From contig CAVZLN010000003.1 of NCBI GenBank assembly GCA_963776245.1, forward strand, positions 1,152,001-1,216,000: DNA of 64,000 bases, written 5' to 3'. Numbering within the stretch: the stretch's first letter is position 1; each line of letters opens with the position of its first letter. The position numbers and the translations under genes were made by a program. Source of the DNA: Candidatus Eiseniibacteriota bacterium. Lineage in GTDB: Bacteria; Eisenbacteria; RBG-16-71-46. Positions 55,941 to 64,000 of the stretch are shown here, piece after piece. Under the pieces are notes generated by a model. It saw nothing but the letters and a program-made list of their open reading frames with translations. It did no database searches and was not told the origin of the DNA.

Positions 55941-56836
55941 GTGAGTCGAAGAACCGAGATCCAGGTGGGCACTCACCGTGCTGACCGCGGTCGCGGTCCT
56001 GCTGTGGGGCGTGACGTGGCTGAAGGAGTTCTCGCTCGCGCGCAAGGTGCGACGTGTGGACGGTGCGCTTCCCGCGCACCGGCGGCCTCGGCCGGAGCGA
56101 CGAGGTGCAGGTGAACGGCATCCGCAAGGGCGCCGTGGAGGACATGGCGCTGGTGGGCGACCACGTGATCGTGAAGCTGGCGCTCGCCACCGACGTGCAG
56201 CTCACCACCGACAGCCAGGTGGCGATCCGCAACGTCGGACTGATGGGCGAGAAGGTGATCGCGGTGGACTTGAAGACCACCGGGCGCCCCTACACCGCGC
56301 GCGACACCATCCTGGGCGAGTACGAGCTCGGCATCCCCGAGGTGATGGGGCAGATGGGGAGCACGCTCACCAACGTGACCGAACTGATCCAGCAGTTGCA
56401 CGACATGTCGCAGACGCTGTCGAAGAGCGGCGACCTCCAGAAGACGGTGCGCAACTTCGCCGCGACCAGCGAGCAGCTCAAGGCCGCGGTGACCGAGAAC
56501 CGCGCCGCGTTCCGGGCCACGATGGCCAACTTCGACGCTGCCTCGCGCACCGCGAAGTCGCTCACCGTGGACCGCGAGGCGCAGCTCAAACAGGCGGTGG
56601 ACGACTTCGCGCAGGCCGCGGCGCGCATGAACGCGCTGGCGGCGCGCATGGACTCGCTGCGCGGCGTGCTCGCGAGCGTGACCGGCAAGGTGGACCGCGG
56701 CGACGGCACGCTGGGCCGGCTGGTGAACGACCAGCGGCTCTACGACGACCTCAATACCTCGGTGCGGGCGCTGCGCGAGCTGGTCGAGGACATCAAGAAG
56801 AACCCGAAGAAGTACCTGCACGTCAGCGTCTTCTAG
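55941..56836 (+). CDS. mlaD: MlaD/MCE family protein (frameshifts near 55970 and 56052)
   Basis: E..VG TM start, GL....V.VNG...[28 protein letters not shown]. Confidence 0.85.
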
Positions 56837-56952
56837 CGGGAGAGGCGTCGCGCGCGGCGCCGCGCGGCGACCCGACGACCCGGATCGGGCGCACGCGCCG
56901 TGTGCCGGGATCCCCCGCGCCGTCCACGGGCCGCGCCACCGGAGGGCACGAA

Positions 56953-57351
56953 ATGGATGCACCCACCTGCCGGGTGATTCCCGCCGGCGAGGCGTACCAG
57001 GGACGCCAGGGGCTCACCTACCTCAGCGGGCTCACGGGGGCGAGCGCGGGCTCGCGCGCGATCTGCATGACGATCGCCACGCTCCCACACGGGGCGCGAG
57101 CGAAGACCCACCTGCATCAGGGCATCGAGACGGCGGTCTACGTCATCGAGGGCGAGATCGAGATGTACTTCGGCGAGCGGCTGGGCGAGCACGTGGTCGG
57201 ACGGGCCGGCGAGTACATGTTCGTGCCGGCGGACATGCCGCACCTGGTGATGAACCGCTCGGGCGCACCGTGCCGGGCCGTCGTGGCGCACAGCGCCTCC
57301 GACGACCAGGCGGGGATCGTGATGCTGCCGGAGCTCGACGGGCTGGTCTGA
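56953..57351 (+). CDS. Cupin domain protein
   Basis: HLH...ETAVYV..G, G.YMFVPA.MPH. Confidence 0.85.
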   Translation: MDAPTCRVIPAGEAYQGRQGLTYLSGLTGASAGSRAICMTIATLPHGARAKTHLHQGIETAVYVIEGEIEMYFGERLGEHVVGRAGEYMFVPADMPHLVMNRSGAPCRAVVAHSASDDQAGIVMLPELDGLV

Positions 57352-57461
57352 AGGGCCGCCGGCTCCCGGTGGGCGTCCGCGCCGGGTTGTGGCAGGATGC
57401 TTCCCTCGCGCCGGGTGCAGGCCCGCGCATCCCCTCCGTCCCGCTCCCGCCTGGAGTCGTC

Positions 57462-58946
57462 ATGGCCAAGTCGGTGAAGCCCGCCAAGTCCCATTTCTTC
57501 TGCACCGCGTGCGGCAACGAGGAGGCGCGCTGGTTCGGGCGCTGCGCGTCGTGCGGGGCGTGGAACACCGCGAGCGAGGCGCCGGTCGCGGCCGCCGGCG
57601 CGGCCGGGGGCACGGCGAAGAGCGCGAACAAGCCGTCGCGCGCGCGCTGGGCGCCCGCCGGCGCCGCCGGCGCGGGCGCGCGGCCGCTGGCGGAGATCGA
57701 GTCCATCGACGCGCGGCGGGCGCCCACCGGCATGCGCGAGCTCGACCGCGTGCTGGGCGGCGGCATCGTGCCGGGCTCGCTGGTGCTGGTCGGCGGCGAC
57801 CCCGGGATCGGCAAGAGCACGCTCATGCTCCAGGTCGCCGCGGCGCTCGCGCGCGAGGGCAAGCGCGTGCTCTACGTGACCGGCGAGGAGAGCGAGGGGC
57901 AGATCCGCATGCGCGCGGGGCGCCTCGGGCCGGTGCCCGAGAGCCTGCTGGTGCTGTGCGAGACCGATCTCGAGGCGCTGCTCGAGGCCGCGGACCAGGT
58001 CAAGCCCGACGCGCTGGTGGTGGACTCGATCCAGACCGTCGCGCGCGCCGACCTGGACGGCGGGCCGGGCTCGGTGTCGCAGGTGCGCGAGTGCGGGCTG
58101 GCGCTGCTCCACCACGCCAAGGGGGCGCAGGTGCCCACCTTCCTGGTCGGCCACGTCACCAAGGACGGCGCGGTGGCGGGCCCGCGCGTGCTCGAGCACA
58201 TGGTGGACGCGGTGCTCTATCTCGAGGGCGAGCGCTACCAGCACTACCGGGTGCTGCGCGCGGCCAAGAACCGCTTCGGCTCCACCCACGAGCTGGGGGT
58301 GTTCGAGATGACCGACGCCGGGTTGCGCGAGGTCGCCAACCCGAGCGAGGCGTTCCTGTCGGAGTCCACGCGCAGCGAGCCGGGCTCGGCGGTGGTGGCG
58401 AGCATCGAAGGCTCGCGGCCGCTGCTGGTCGAGGTGCAGGCGCTGGTCTCGACCTCGTTCTACGGCACCCCGCAGCGCGTGACGACCGGCTTCGACCCGC
58501 GCCGCCTCGCGGTGCTGCTCGCGGTGCTCGAGCGCCGCGTCGGCCTGCGCCTCGGGCGCCACGACGTGTTCGTGACCGTGACCGGCGGGCTCTCGCTCGA
58601 CGAGCCGGGGTGCGACCTCGGCGTGGCGCTCGCGGTGGCGTCGTCGTTCCGCAGCCGCCCGGTGATCGAGCGCACGCTCGCGGTGGGCGAGGTCAGCCTG
58701 TCGGGCGAGCTGCGCCGCGTGACGCGCCTCGACGCGCGCTGCCGCGAGGCGGCCCAGATCGGCTTCCGGCGCGCCGGCGTGCCGCGCGCGCAGGCCGACG
58801 AGGCGAAGGACTGCGGGCTCGAGGTCACGCCGCTGGCGACGGTGCGCGAGGCGATCGAGGCCCTGCTGGGCGAGAAGACGGGCCCGGCCACGCCGCCGCG
58901 CGGCGAGCCGGGCGAGGCGACCGCGCACGTATCCGGGCGCGCATGA
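57462..58946 (+). CDS. radA: DNA repair protein RadA/Sms
   Basis: C4 zinc finger, ELDRVLGGG, GDPGIGKST, VDSIQT, KNRFG, GEVSLSGELR. Confidence 0.97.
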   Translation: MAKSVKPAKSHFFCTACGNEEARWFGRCASCGAWNTASEAPVAAAGAAGGTAKSANKPSRARWAPAGAAGAGARPLAEIESIDARRAPTGMRELDRVLGGGIVPGSLVLVGGDPGIGKSTLMLQVAAALAREGKRVLYVTGEESEGQIRMRAGRLGPVPESLLVLCETDLEALLEAADQVKPDALVVDSIQTVARADLDGGPGSVSQVRECGLALLHHAKGAQVPTFLVGHVTKDGAVAGPRVLEHMVDAVLYLEGERYQHYRVLRAAKNRFGSTHELGVFEMTDAGLREVANPSEAFLSESTRSEPGSAVVASIEGSRPLLVEVQALVSTSFYGTPQRVTTGFDPRRLAVLLAVLERRVGLRLGRHDVFVTVTGGLSLDEPGCDLGVALAVASSFRSRPVIERTLAVGEVSLSGELRRVTRLDARCREAAQIGFRRAGVPRAQADEAKDCGLEVTPLATVREAIEALLGEKTGPATPPRGEPGEATAHVSGRA

Positions 58947-59031
58947 GAGTCTGAAGGGATTCGAGACGGGCGAAGGGCCTGACCGGAGTCTCCGGCGGGG
59001 GCGATGGCGTGGGTGACCTGAAGGAGTGGGC

Positions 59032-59799
59032 ATGGACTGGAAGCGGCTGGCGGAACGACTGAGGAGCGCATGCTCGCGAGAGGTCGCGAAGGGAGAGGGC
59101 TGGGCGGCGTACGCGCCGGCCGGTGACGCGCTCGACCTGCGCGCGATGATGGTGGAGCTGGCCACGCCCGACGACATCGACGACTGGACCCCGCACCATG
59201 GCGACCTGCGCGAGGAGGACGCGAACCCGGCCGGCACGGCGGGCGCGGTCCACGACGAGTGGGAGTCGAGCGAGGTGCTGGTGTGGGAGTGGGTCGGGCG
59301 CAACTCCTCGTGGCACGCCTCGATCGGACTGTTCGATGCCGGCGACGGCCGGCAGTACGTGACCCGCTTCATGGAGGACGCGCCCTACCTGGTGCTCGGG
59401 GCCATCGTGCCCAAGGCCGGGCCGGAGTCGTTCGCCGCGTTCTTCCGCGACCTGATGAACGACAACGGCAACGCCTATGGCATCGACGTGCTCGGCAGCC
59501 TGCCGGCGACCACTGAGCTGCACCGGCCCGACCTGCTCACCCGCGAGGTCATCACCGACGTCTATCACGACTGGATGGACGACGCCGAAGAGTCCGGGCA
59601 CTCGAGCTGGGAGGCCCTCGAGCAGCAGCTCGACGACATGGACAACGAGGACGACGACGACTTCGACGACTCGCTCGGCGACGCGGACGACGAGGAGGAA
59701 GACGAGGACGAGAGCGAGGAGGAGGAGCACGATCGCCTGATCGCGGACTACTGCGAGTCCACCGTGCTCCTGTTCGACGAGGAAGAGGACGACGCGTGA
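59032..59799 (+). CDS. Hypothetical highly acidic protein
   Basis: SD AAGGAG; long D/E tract near C-terminus; same strand as and close to radA and ispD. Confidence 0.7.
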   Translation: MDWKRLAERLRSACSREVAKGEGWAAYAPAGDALDLRAMMVELATPDDIDDWTPHHGDLREEDANPAGTAGAVHDEWESSEVLVWEWVGRNSSWHASIGLFDAGDGRQYVTRFMEDAPYLVLGAIVPKAGPESFAAFFRDLMNDNGNAYGIDVLGSLPATTELHRPDLLTREVITDVYHDWMDDAEESGHSSWEALEQQLDDMDNEDDDDFDDSLGDADDEEEDEDESEEEEHDRLIADYCESTVLLFDEEEDDA

Positions 59800-59809
59800 G
59801 ATCGGCGCG

Positions 59810-60481
59810 ATGAGCATCGGCGCCATCCTGCTGTGCGCGGGGATGGGCGAGCGCCTGGGCGCGGGAGTGCCCAAGGCGCTGGTGCCGCTGGCCGGGCGGC
59901 CGCTGTTCGCGTGGAGCCTCGAGGCGCTGGCGCGCACGCCGTCCATCGGGACCATCGTGGTGGTCGGACCGGTGCGCCTGCTGCAGGAGGCGCTGTGGGC
60001 CTGCGGGATGCATGAGCCCAAGGTGGCCCAGTGGTGCGAGGGCGGCCGCGAGCGCCAGCACTCGGTGGCCCGCGGGCTGGCCGCGCTGCCCGGGGAGTGC
60101 GACCTGGTGGTGGTGCACGACGCGGCGCGCGCGCTGGCGACCCCGGCGCTGGTCGGCCGCGTGGTGGCCGACGCCAAGGCGCATGGCGCCGCGATCGCCG
60201 CGGTGCCGGTGGAGGACACGCTCAAGCGCGCCACCCTCCACGTCATCGACGATACGGTGCCGCGCGCCGGGCTGTGGCGCGCGCAGACGCCCCAGGCGTT
60301 CCGCCGCGACTGGCTGGCGGAGGCGCACGCGCTCGAAGGCGCGCGGGCGACCGACGACGCGGCGCTGGTGGAGGCCGCGGGACACCGGGTGAGGATCACG
60401 CCCGGCGAGGCCATCAATTTCAAGATCACGACCATGGACGACCTGCGCCTCGCCGAGGCGTGGCTCTCGTCACGAGGCTAG
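59810..60481 (+). CDS. ispD: 2-C-methyl-D-erythritol 4-phosphate cytidylyltransferase
   Basis: AG.G.R....PK, GG.ERQ.SV, VHDAAR, AQTPQ.F, TDDA, N.KITT..DL. Confidence 0.95.
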   Translation: MSIGAILLCAGMGERLGAGVPKALVPLAGRPLFAWSLEALARTPSIGTIVVVGPVRLLQEALWACGMHEPKVAQWCEGGRERQHSVARGLAALPGECDLVVVHDAARALATPALVGRVVADAKAHGAAIAAVPVEDTLKRATLHVIDDTVPRAGLWRAQTPQAFRRDWLAEAHALEGARATDDAALVEAAGHRVRITPGEAINFKITTMDDLRLAEAWLSSRG

Positions 60482-60489
60482 GAGGGCGC

Positions 60490-60972
60490 ATGGCGCTGCG
60501 GATCGGGATGGGCTACGACGTGCACCGCAAGGCCGACGGGCGGCCGTGCGTGCTCGGCGGGGTGACGTTCGAGGGCGAACGCGGGCTCGAGGGGCACAGC
60601 GACGCCGACGTGGTGGCGCACGCCATCGGGGACGCGCTGCTGGGCGCGGTCGCGCTCGGCGACCTGGGCAAGCACTTCCCGCCCGGCGAACCGCGCTGGA
60701 AGAACGTCTCGAGCATGGAACTGCTGCGGCTGATCCACGCGATGCTCGACGGCGTGACCGCGCGGATCGTGAACGTGGACGTCACGGTGGTGGCGCAGGG
60801 GCCGCAGATCGCGCCGCGCCGCGACGCGATGCGCGCCGTCATCGCGCATGCCCTCAAGGTCGGCATCGGGCAGGTGTCGGTGAAGGCCACCACCAACGAG
60901 GGCCTCGGCTCCATCGGCCGCGACGAGGGCATCGCCGCGTGGGCGGTGGCGATGGTCGAAGCGCGCGAGTAG
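60490..60972 (+). CDS. ispF: 2-C-methyl-D-erythritol 2,4-cyclodiphosphate synthase
   Basis: RIGMGYDVH, GHSDADV..HA..DALLGA, KATTNEGLG..GR.EGI. Confidence 0.96.
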   Translation: MALRIGMGYDVHRKADGRPCVLGGVTFEGERGLEGHSDADVVAHAIGDALLGAVALGDLGKHFPPGEPRWKNVSSMELLRLIHAMLDGVTARIVNVDVTVVAQGPQIAPRRDAMRAVIAHALKVGIGQVSVKATTNEGLGSIGRDEGIAAWAVAMVEARE

Positions 60973-60986
60973 GGGCGGCGCTGACG

Positions 60987-62795
60987 ATGCCCCCGCGCCG
61001 GCCGCCGCCCCGCGTTCCGCCGCGGCCCGCTCCCGCTCCGCTCGAGGCGCGCGCGGCCACGCGCATGGCGTGGGCGCTGTTCGCCACGCTGGCGGCGCTG
61101 GCGATCGCGCGGGCGGTCCTGACCCTGGTGCCGACGATGTGGGTCTGGTCGCTCAACCTGCATCGCTTCCTCGGCCCGGGCCTCGCGTGGGGGCCGTGGC
61201 TGATCGCGACCGCGGCGCTGTACCCGGCGGTGTCCCGCCGCGCGGTGCCGGCGCTGGCGCGCTTCGGCGACGCGCTCGCGGACCGGCCGGCGCTCTCGGG
61301 GTGGATCATGGCCGCGCTGGCGGCGGCCGTGGTGGTCATTTTCCCCGATCGCACCCGGTTCGTCGGGGACTTCCTGTTGCGACAGGGCACGGTGGAGCAG
61401 GGCGGGGCTCCGGCCCAGCTCTTTCCGCAGGCGCTGCCGCTGGACGTGTTCCTCCACTACCTGCTTCCGCGCACGCTGACGGAGGCGGGCGTGCTCGACG
61501 CCAACGGCGCGGCGCGGCTGCTCGGCGCCTGCGAGGCGGCGGCGCTGGCCGCGCTCGCCGGGGCGTTCGCCCGCACGCTGGCGTTGCGCGGTGTCCCGGC
61601 CGCGCTGGCCGCGGCGGTGCTGCTGTGCGGCGGCTACTTGGGAATGTTCACCGGCTTCGGGAAAGCGTTCGCCGAGCTGGTGCTGGTGGTCGCTGCGCTC
61701 GGCGTGTTCGGGCTCGGCGCGGTCCGCGACGGCCGCGGACTGCTGCGGCTGGGACTGGTATTCGCGGCGGGGCTGACGCTCCATCGCTCGGCACTGGCGA
61801 CCCTGCCCGCGGTGGCGCTGGCATGGTGGCTCGGGATGCGCGGTCGGGAGCGCGGCGCGTGGAGGGACCCGCACGCGCTGCTCGCGCTCGCCGTGCCGCT
61901 CGGCGCACTGGCGGTGATGCTCCCGCGGATCGTGACGTTGATGCGGCGCTGGGACGTGTTGCACGTCGCGCCGCCGGAGGTGCAGGCGGCCGGGGGGCCG
62001 TTGCTGGCCGCCTTCGCGGGCGCGCGACTTCCCGACATGCTCAACCTGATCGCCTTCCTGTCACCCTTGTCGCTCGCCGTGGTCCCGATGCTGGTGGCGT
62101 CGCGCTCGGCGCGGCCCCGCGGCCGGGAACTGGCGCTGCTCGCGGCGCTCGCCCTGCCGATGGTGCTGACGCTCCCGTTCATCCACCCCGCGCAGGGGCT
62201 CTACCGGGACTGGGACGACTTCGCGGCGATGGGCGCCGGGCTCTCGGTGGTGGCGGCCTGGCTGGTGGCGGAGACGCTTCGCGCGGCGCCGCGTTTCGCC
62301 TGGCTGGGCGTGGCGGCCGCGCTCGCCGCGGCGGTTCCCGCCCTGCAATGGACCACCCACTGGGCCGACCCGGACCGGGGCCTCGCACGCGTCGAGGCGA
62401 TCATGCGCGAGCCGCCCACACGCACGCTCAACGAGCGTTCGAGCACCTGGGACTACCTCGGGATCCGCCATCTCCGCCTCGGACGGCTCGACGCGGCGGC
62501 GGCGGCGTTCACCCGCTCGAGCGAAGCCGCGCCGAGCCCGCGCGTGCTGCTCGAACTGGGGTTCGCCGAACGCGCGCGCGGCGATCTGCGCGGAGCGCTC
62601 GCAGCCTACCGTCGCATCCTCGAGCGTGACTCGACTCACGTCGTGGCGTGGGAGATGTGCGGCAGGACCGCGGCCCAGATGGGTGACACCCTCGCCGTGC
62701 GCCAGGCCGCCGCGGCGCTGGTGCGGCTCGATCCCGGCAACCGCGTGGCGCTCGAACTGAAGGCCTGGCGCTCGCCCGCCCGCGCGGAGCGCTGA
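60987..62795 (+). CDS. Multi-pass membrane protein with C-terminal TPR-like region (GT-C-like fold possible)
   Basis: About 10-12 hydrophobic segments, F.GD and RDWD motifs, TPR-like tail. Confidence 0.65.
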   Translation: MPPRRPPPRVPPRPAPAPLEARAATRMAWALFATLAALAIARAVLTLVPTMWVWSLNLHRFLGPGLAWGPWLIATAALYPAVSRRAVPALARFGDALADRPALSGWIMAALAAAVVVIFPDRTRFVGDFLLRQGTVEQGGAPAQLFPQALPLDVFLHYLLPRTLTEAGVLDANGAARLLGACEAAALAALAGAFARTLALRGVPAALAAAVLLCGGYLGMFTGFGKAFAELVLVVAALGVFGLGAVRDGRGLLRLGLVFAAGLTLHRSALATLPAVALAWWLGMRGRERGAWRDPHALLALAVPLGALAVMLPRIVTLMRRWDVLHVAPPEVQAAGGPLLAAFAGARLPDMLNLIAFLSPLSLAVVPMLVASRSARPRGRELALLAALALPMVLTLPFIHPAQGLYRDWDDFAAMGAGLSVVAAWLVAETLRAAPRFAWLGVAAALAAAVPALQWTTHWADPDRGLARVEAIMREPPTRTLNERSSTWDYLGIRHLRLGRLDAAAAAFTRSSEAAPSPRVLLELGFAERARGDLRGALAAYRRILERDSTHVVAWEMCGRTAAQMGDTLAVRQAAAALVRLDPGNRVALELKAWRSPARAER

Positions 62796-62840
62796 GCGAC
62801 CGGCGGCCCACGCCGCCCACTGGTGCCCCTCGAAGCCCAC

Positions 62841-62876
62841 TTGACTAGTGACCGCATTTAGTGGTCATATGACCAC
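62841..62876 (+). promoter_or_regulatory. Promoter/operator with perfect 16-bp palindrome
   Basis: TTGACT at 62841, GTGGTCATATGACCAC at 62861-62876, extra half-site TGACCGC at 62849. Confidence 0.7.
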
Positions 62877-62878
62877 CT

Positions 62879-63217
62879 ATGAAGGTCATCGCGTCCTCGA
62901 GCCCGTTCGGCAGCTCCGCGCGAACCCGCGCGCTCCTGGCCCTGCAACTGCTGACCGAGAGCCATGCGCGGGAGCTCGCGCGACTGCTGGAACTCCATCT
63001 CTCGAGCGTGCAGAAGGCCCTCCAGTCACTCGAGCGCGACGGCCTCGTGGCGGCGCGGGCCGCCGGACGCACGCGTCTCTACCGGCTGAACCCCCGCGCT
63101 CCCGCCCGTCGGGAGATGGAGCGCTACCTGGAACGGTTGCTGGAGCCGGAGGCCGAGTTGCGCTCGCGTGGAGCCGGGCTTCGGCGCCGTCCGCGGCGCA
63201 CGGGCAAGCCACTGTGA
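62879..63217 (+). CDS. Winged-helix HTH regulator (putative antitoxin)
   Basis: FGS..RTR.L, HARELARLL....SSVQKAL..LE.DGLV....GRTRLY.LNP. Confidence 0.8.
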   Translation: MKVIASSSPFGSSARTRALLALQLLTESHARELARLLELHLSSVQKALQSLERDGLVAARAAGRTRLYRLNPRAPARREMERYLERLLEPEAELRSRGAGLRRRPRRTGKPL

Positions 63218-63801
63218 AGCTGACGGCGAAGTCGACGCTCGCGGATGTCGCCGTGGCGGTCGGAGATGCGCTTCGCCGCGCGGGGATCCGAGGCGTCCTC
63301 ACCGGCGGTGCCTGCGCCCATCTGTACACGGCAGGCGCGTATGCGTCCGTCGATGTCGATTTCGTGCTCATGGAATCGTCCACCGCGGAGGCCCTCGACG
63401 TGGCACTCGCACCCCTCGGCTTCACGCGTCGCCGCGATCGCTACGTGCATGCCTCGGTGCCCTTCTTCGTCGAATTCCCGCGCGGGCCGCTCGGGATCGG
63501 AGAGGACTTCAGCATCCGACCCGTGTGGAGGAGCCGCCGCGGTGGAAGGACGCTGTCGCTCTCGGCGACCGACGCCTGTCGGGACCGGCTGGCCGCCTAT
63601 TACCACTGGAACGACCGTCAGAGCCTCGCGGTGGCCGTGGCGATCGCTCTGCAGAACCGTGTGGCCCTCTCGAAGATCCGCGACTGGAGCAGGGACGAAG
63701 GTCATCAGGAGCGCTACGCCGCATTCGCCGCCGAACTGGATCGAGCACGACGGGAGTCGCGCGCCAAGAGCAGGACCGGCCCGGTCCGGCGCAGGACCTG
63801 A
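63214..63801 (+). CDS. Putative nucleotidyltransferase-fold protein (DUF6036/AbiEii-like; putative toxin)
   Basis: VLTGGAC..LYT.G.Y.S.DVDFV (GG...DxD); GTGA overlap with the HTH gene. Confidence 0.7.
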   Translation: MKLTAKSTLADVAVAVGDALRRAGIRGVLTGGACAHLYTAGAYASVDVDFVLMESSTAEALDVALAPLGFTRRRDRYVHASVPFFVEFPRGPLGIGEDFSIRPVWRSRRGGRTLSLSATDACRDRLAAYYHWNDRQSLAVAVAIALQNRVALSKIRDWSRDEGHQERYAAFAAELDRARRESRAKSRTGPVRRRT

Positions 63802-63898
63802 ACGATCCACTCGGCGCAGGGACGCGAGGGTAGCCCCTGCCCCCCGCGATTCCGAGACCCCCACGAGCGGCCTGCGATTTCGCCCGCGAGGCATCCGA

Positions 63899-64000
63899 TC
63901 ACGGCTGCGCCGCGAGCACCCTCACGGTCAGCCGGCTCGGGTGCGCCCGGGAGCGCAACACTCGCTGGGTGGCCGTCACGAAATCCGCTGCTTTCGCCTC
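63899..64000 (-). CDS. C-terminal fragment of CocE/NonD family hydrolase (partial)
   Basis: Minus strand reads EAKAADFVTATQRVLRSRAHPSRLTVRVLAAQP-stop. Confidence 0.6.
   Translation of the reverse strand, partial: EAKAADFVTATQRVLRSRAHPSRLTVRVLAAQP

Overview
High-GC bacterial chromosomal window, mostly housekeeping. It contains lpxH, degP-type protease, amidase, lpdA, a sigma54 two-component system, rho, rpmE-DUF1385-prfA...prmC, murA, selB, yicC-gmk-rpoZ-coaBC-udg-dnaB(intein)-mlaEFD and radA...ispDF. A diderm, FCB-superphylum-like organism is inferred (possibly Ca. Eisenbacteria or a relative) from lpxH/mla, a PorV-like C-terminus and a C-terminal TWGRIKxLYR motif. Many core genes carry single-base frameshifts, most likely long-read assembly errors. 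The most interesting items are: (1) a cassette inserted between prfA and prmC encoding a multi-TM protein, a membrane-anchored CxxC thioredoxin-like protein and two small Sec-exported Cys-paired hydrophobic peptides, a candidate new disulfide-stapled two-peptide bacteriocin-like system; (2) a NYN/PIN ribonuclease preceded by its own promoter and a short two-hairpin, terminator-ended leader RNA, which looks like a type III toxin-antitoxin layout; (3) a sigma54 promoter driving a putative orphan sRNA next to a sigma54 activator; (4) a lower-GC divergent pair of DUF3883-like nucleases with no methyltransferase; (5) an HTH + nucleotidyltransferase TA-like pair with a perfect palindromic operator. 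No rRNA, tRNA, CRISPR array, transposase or integrase was recognised. All family calls come from motif recognition, not database searches.
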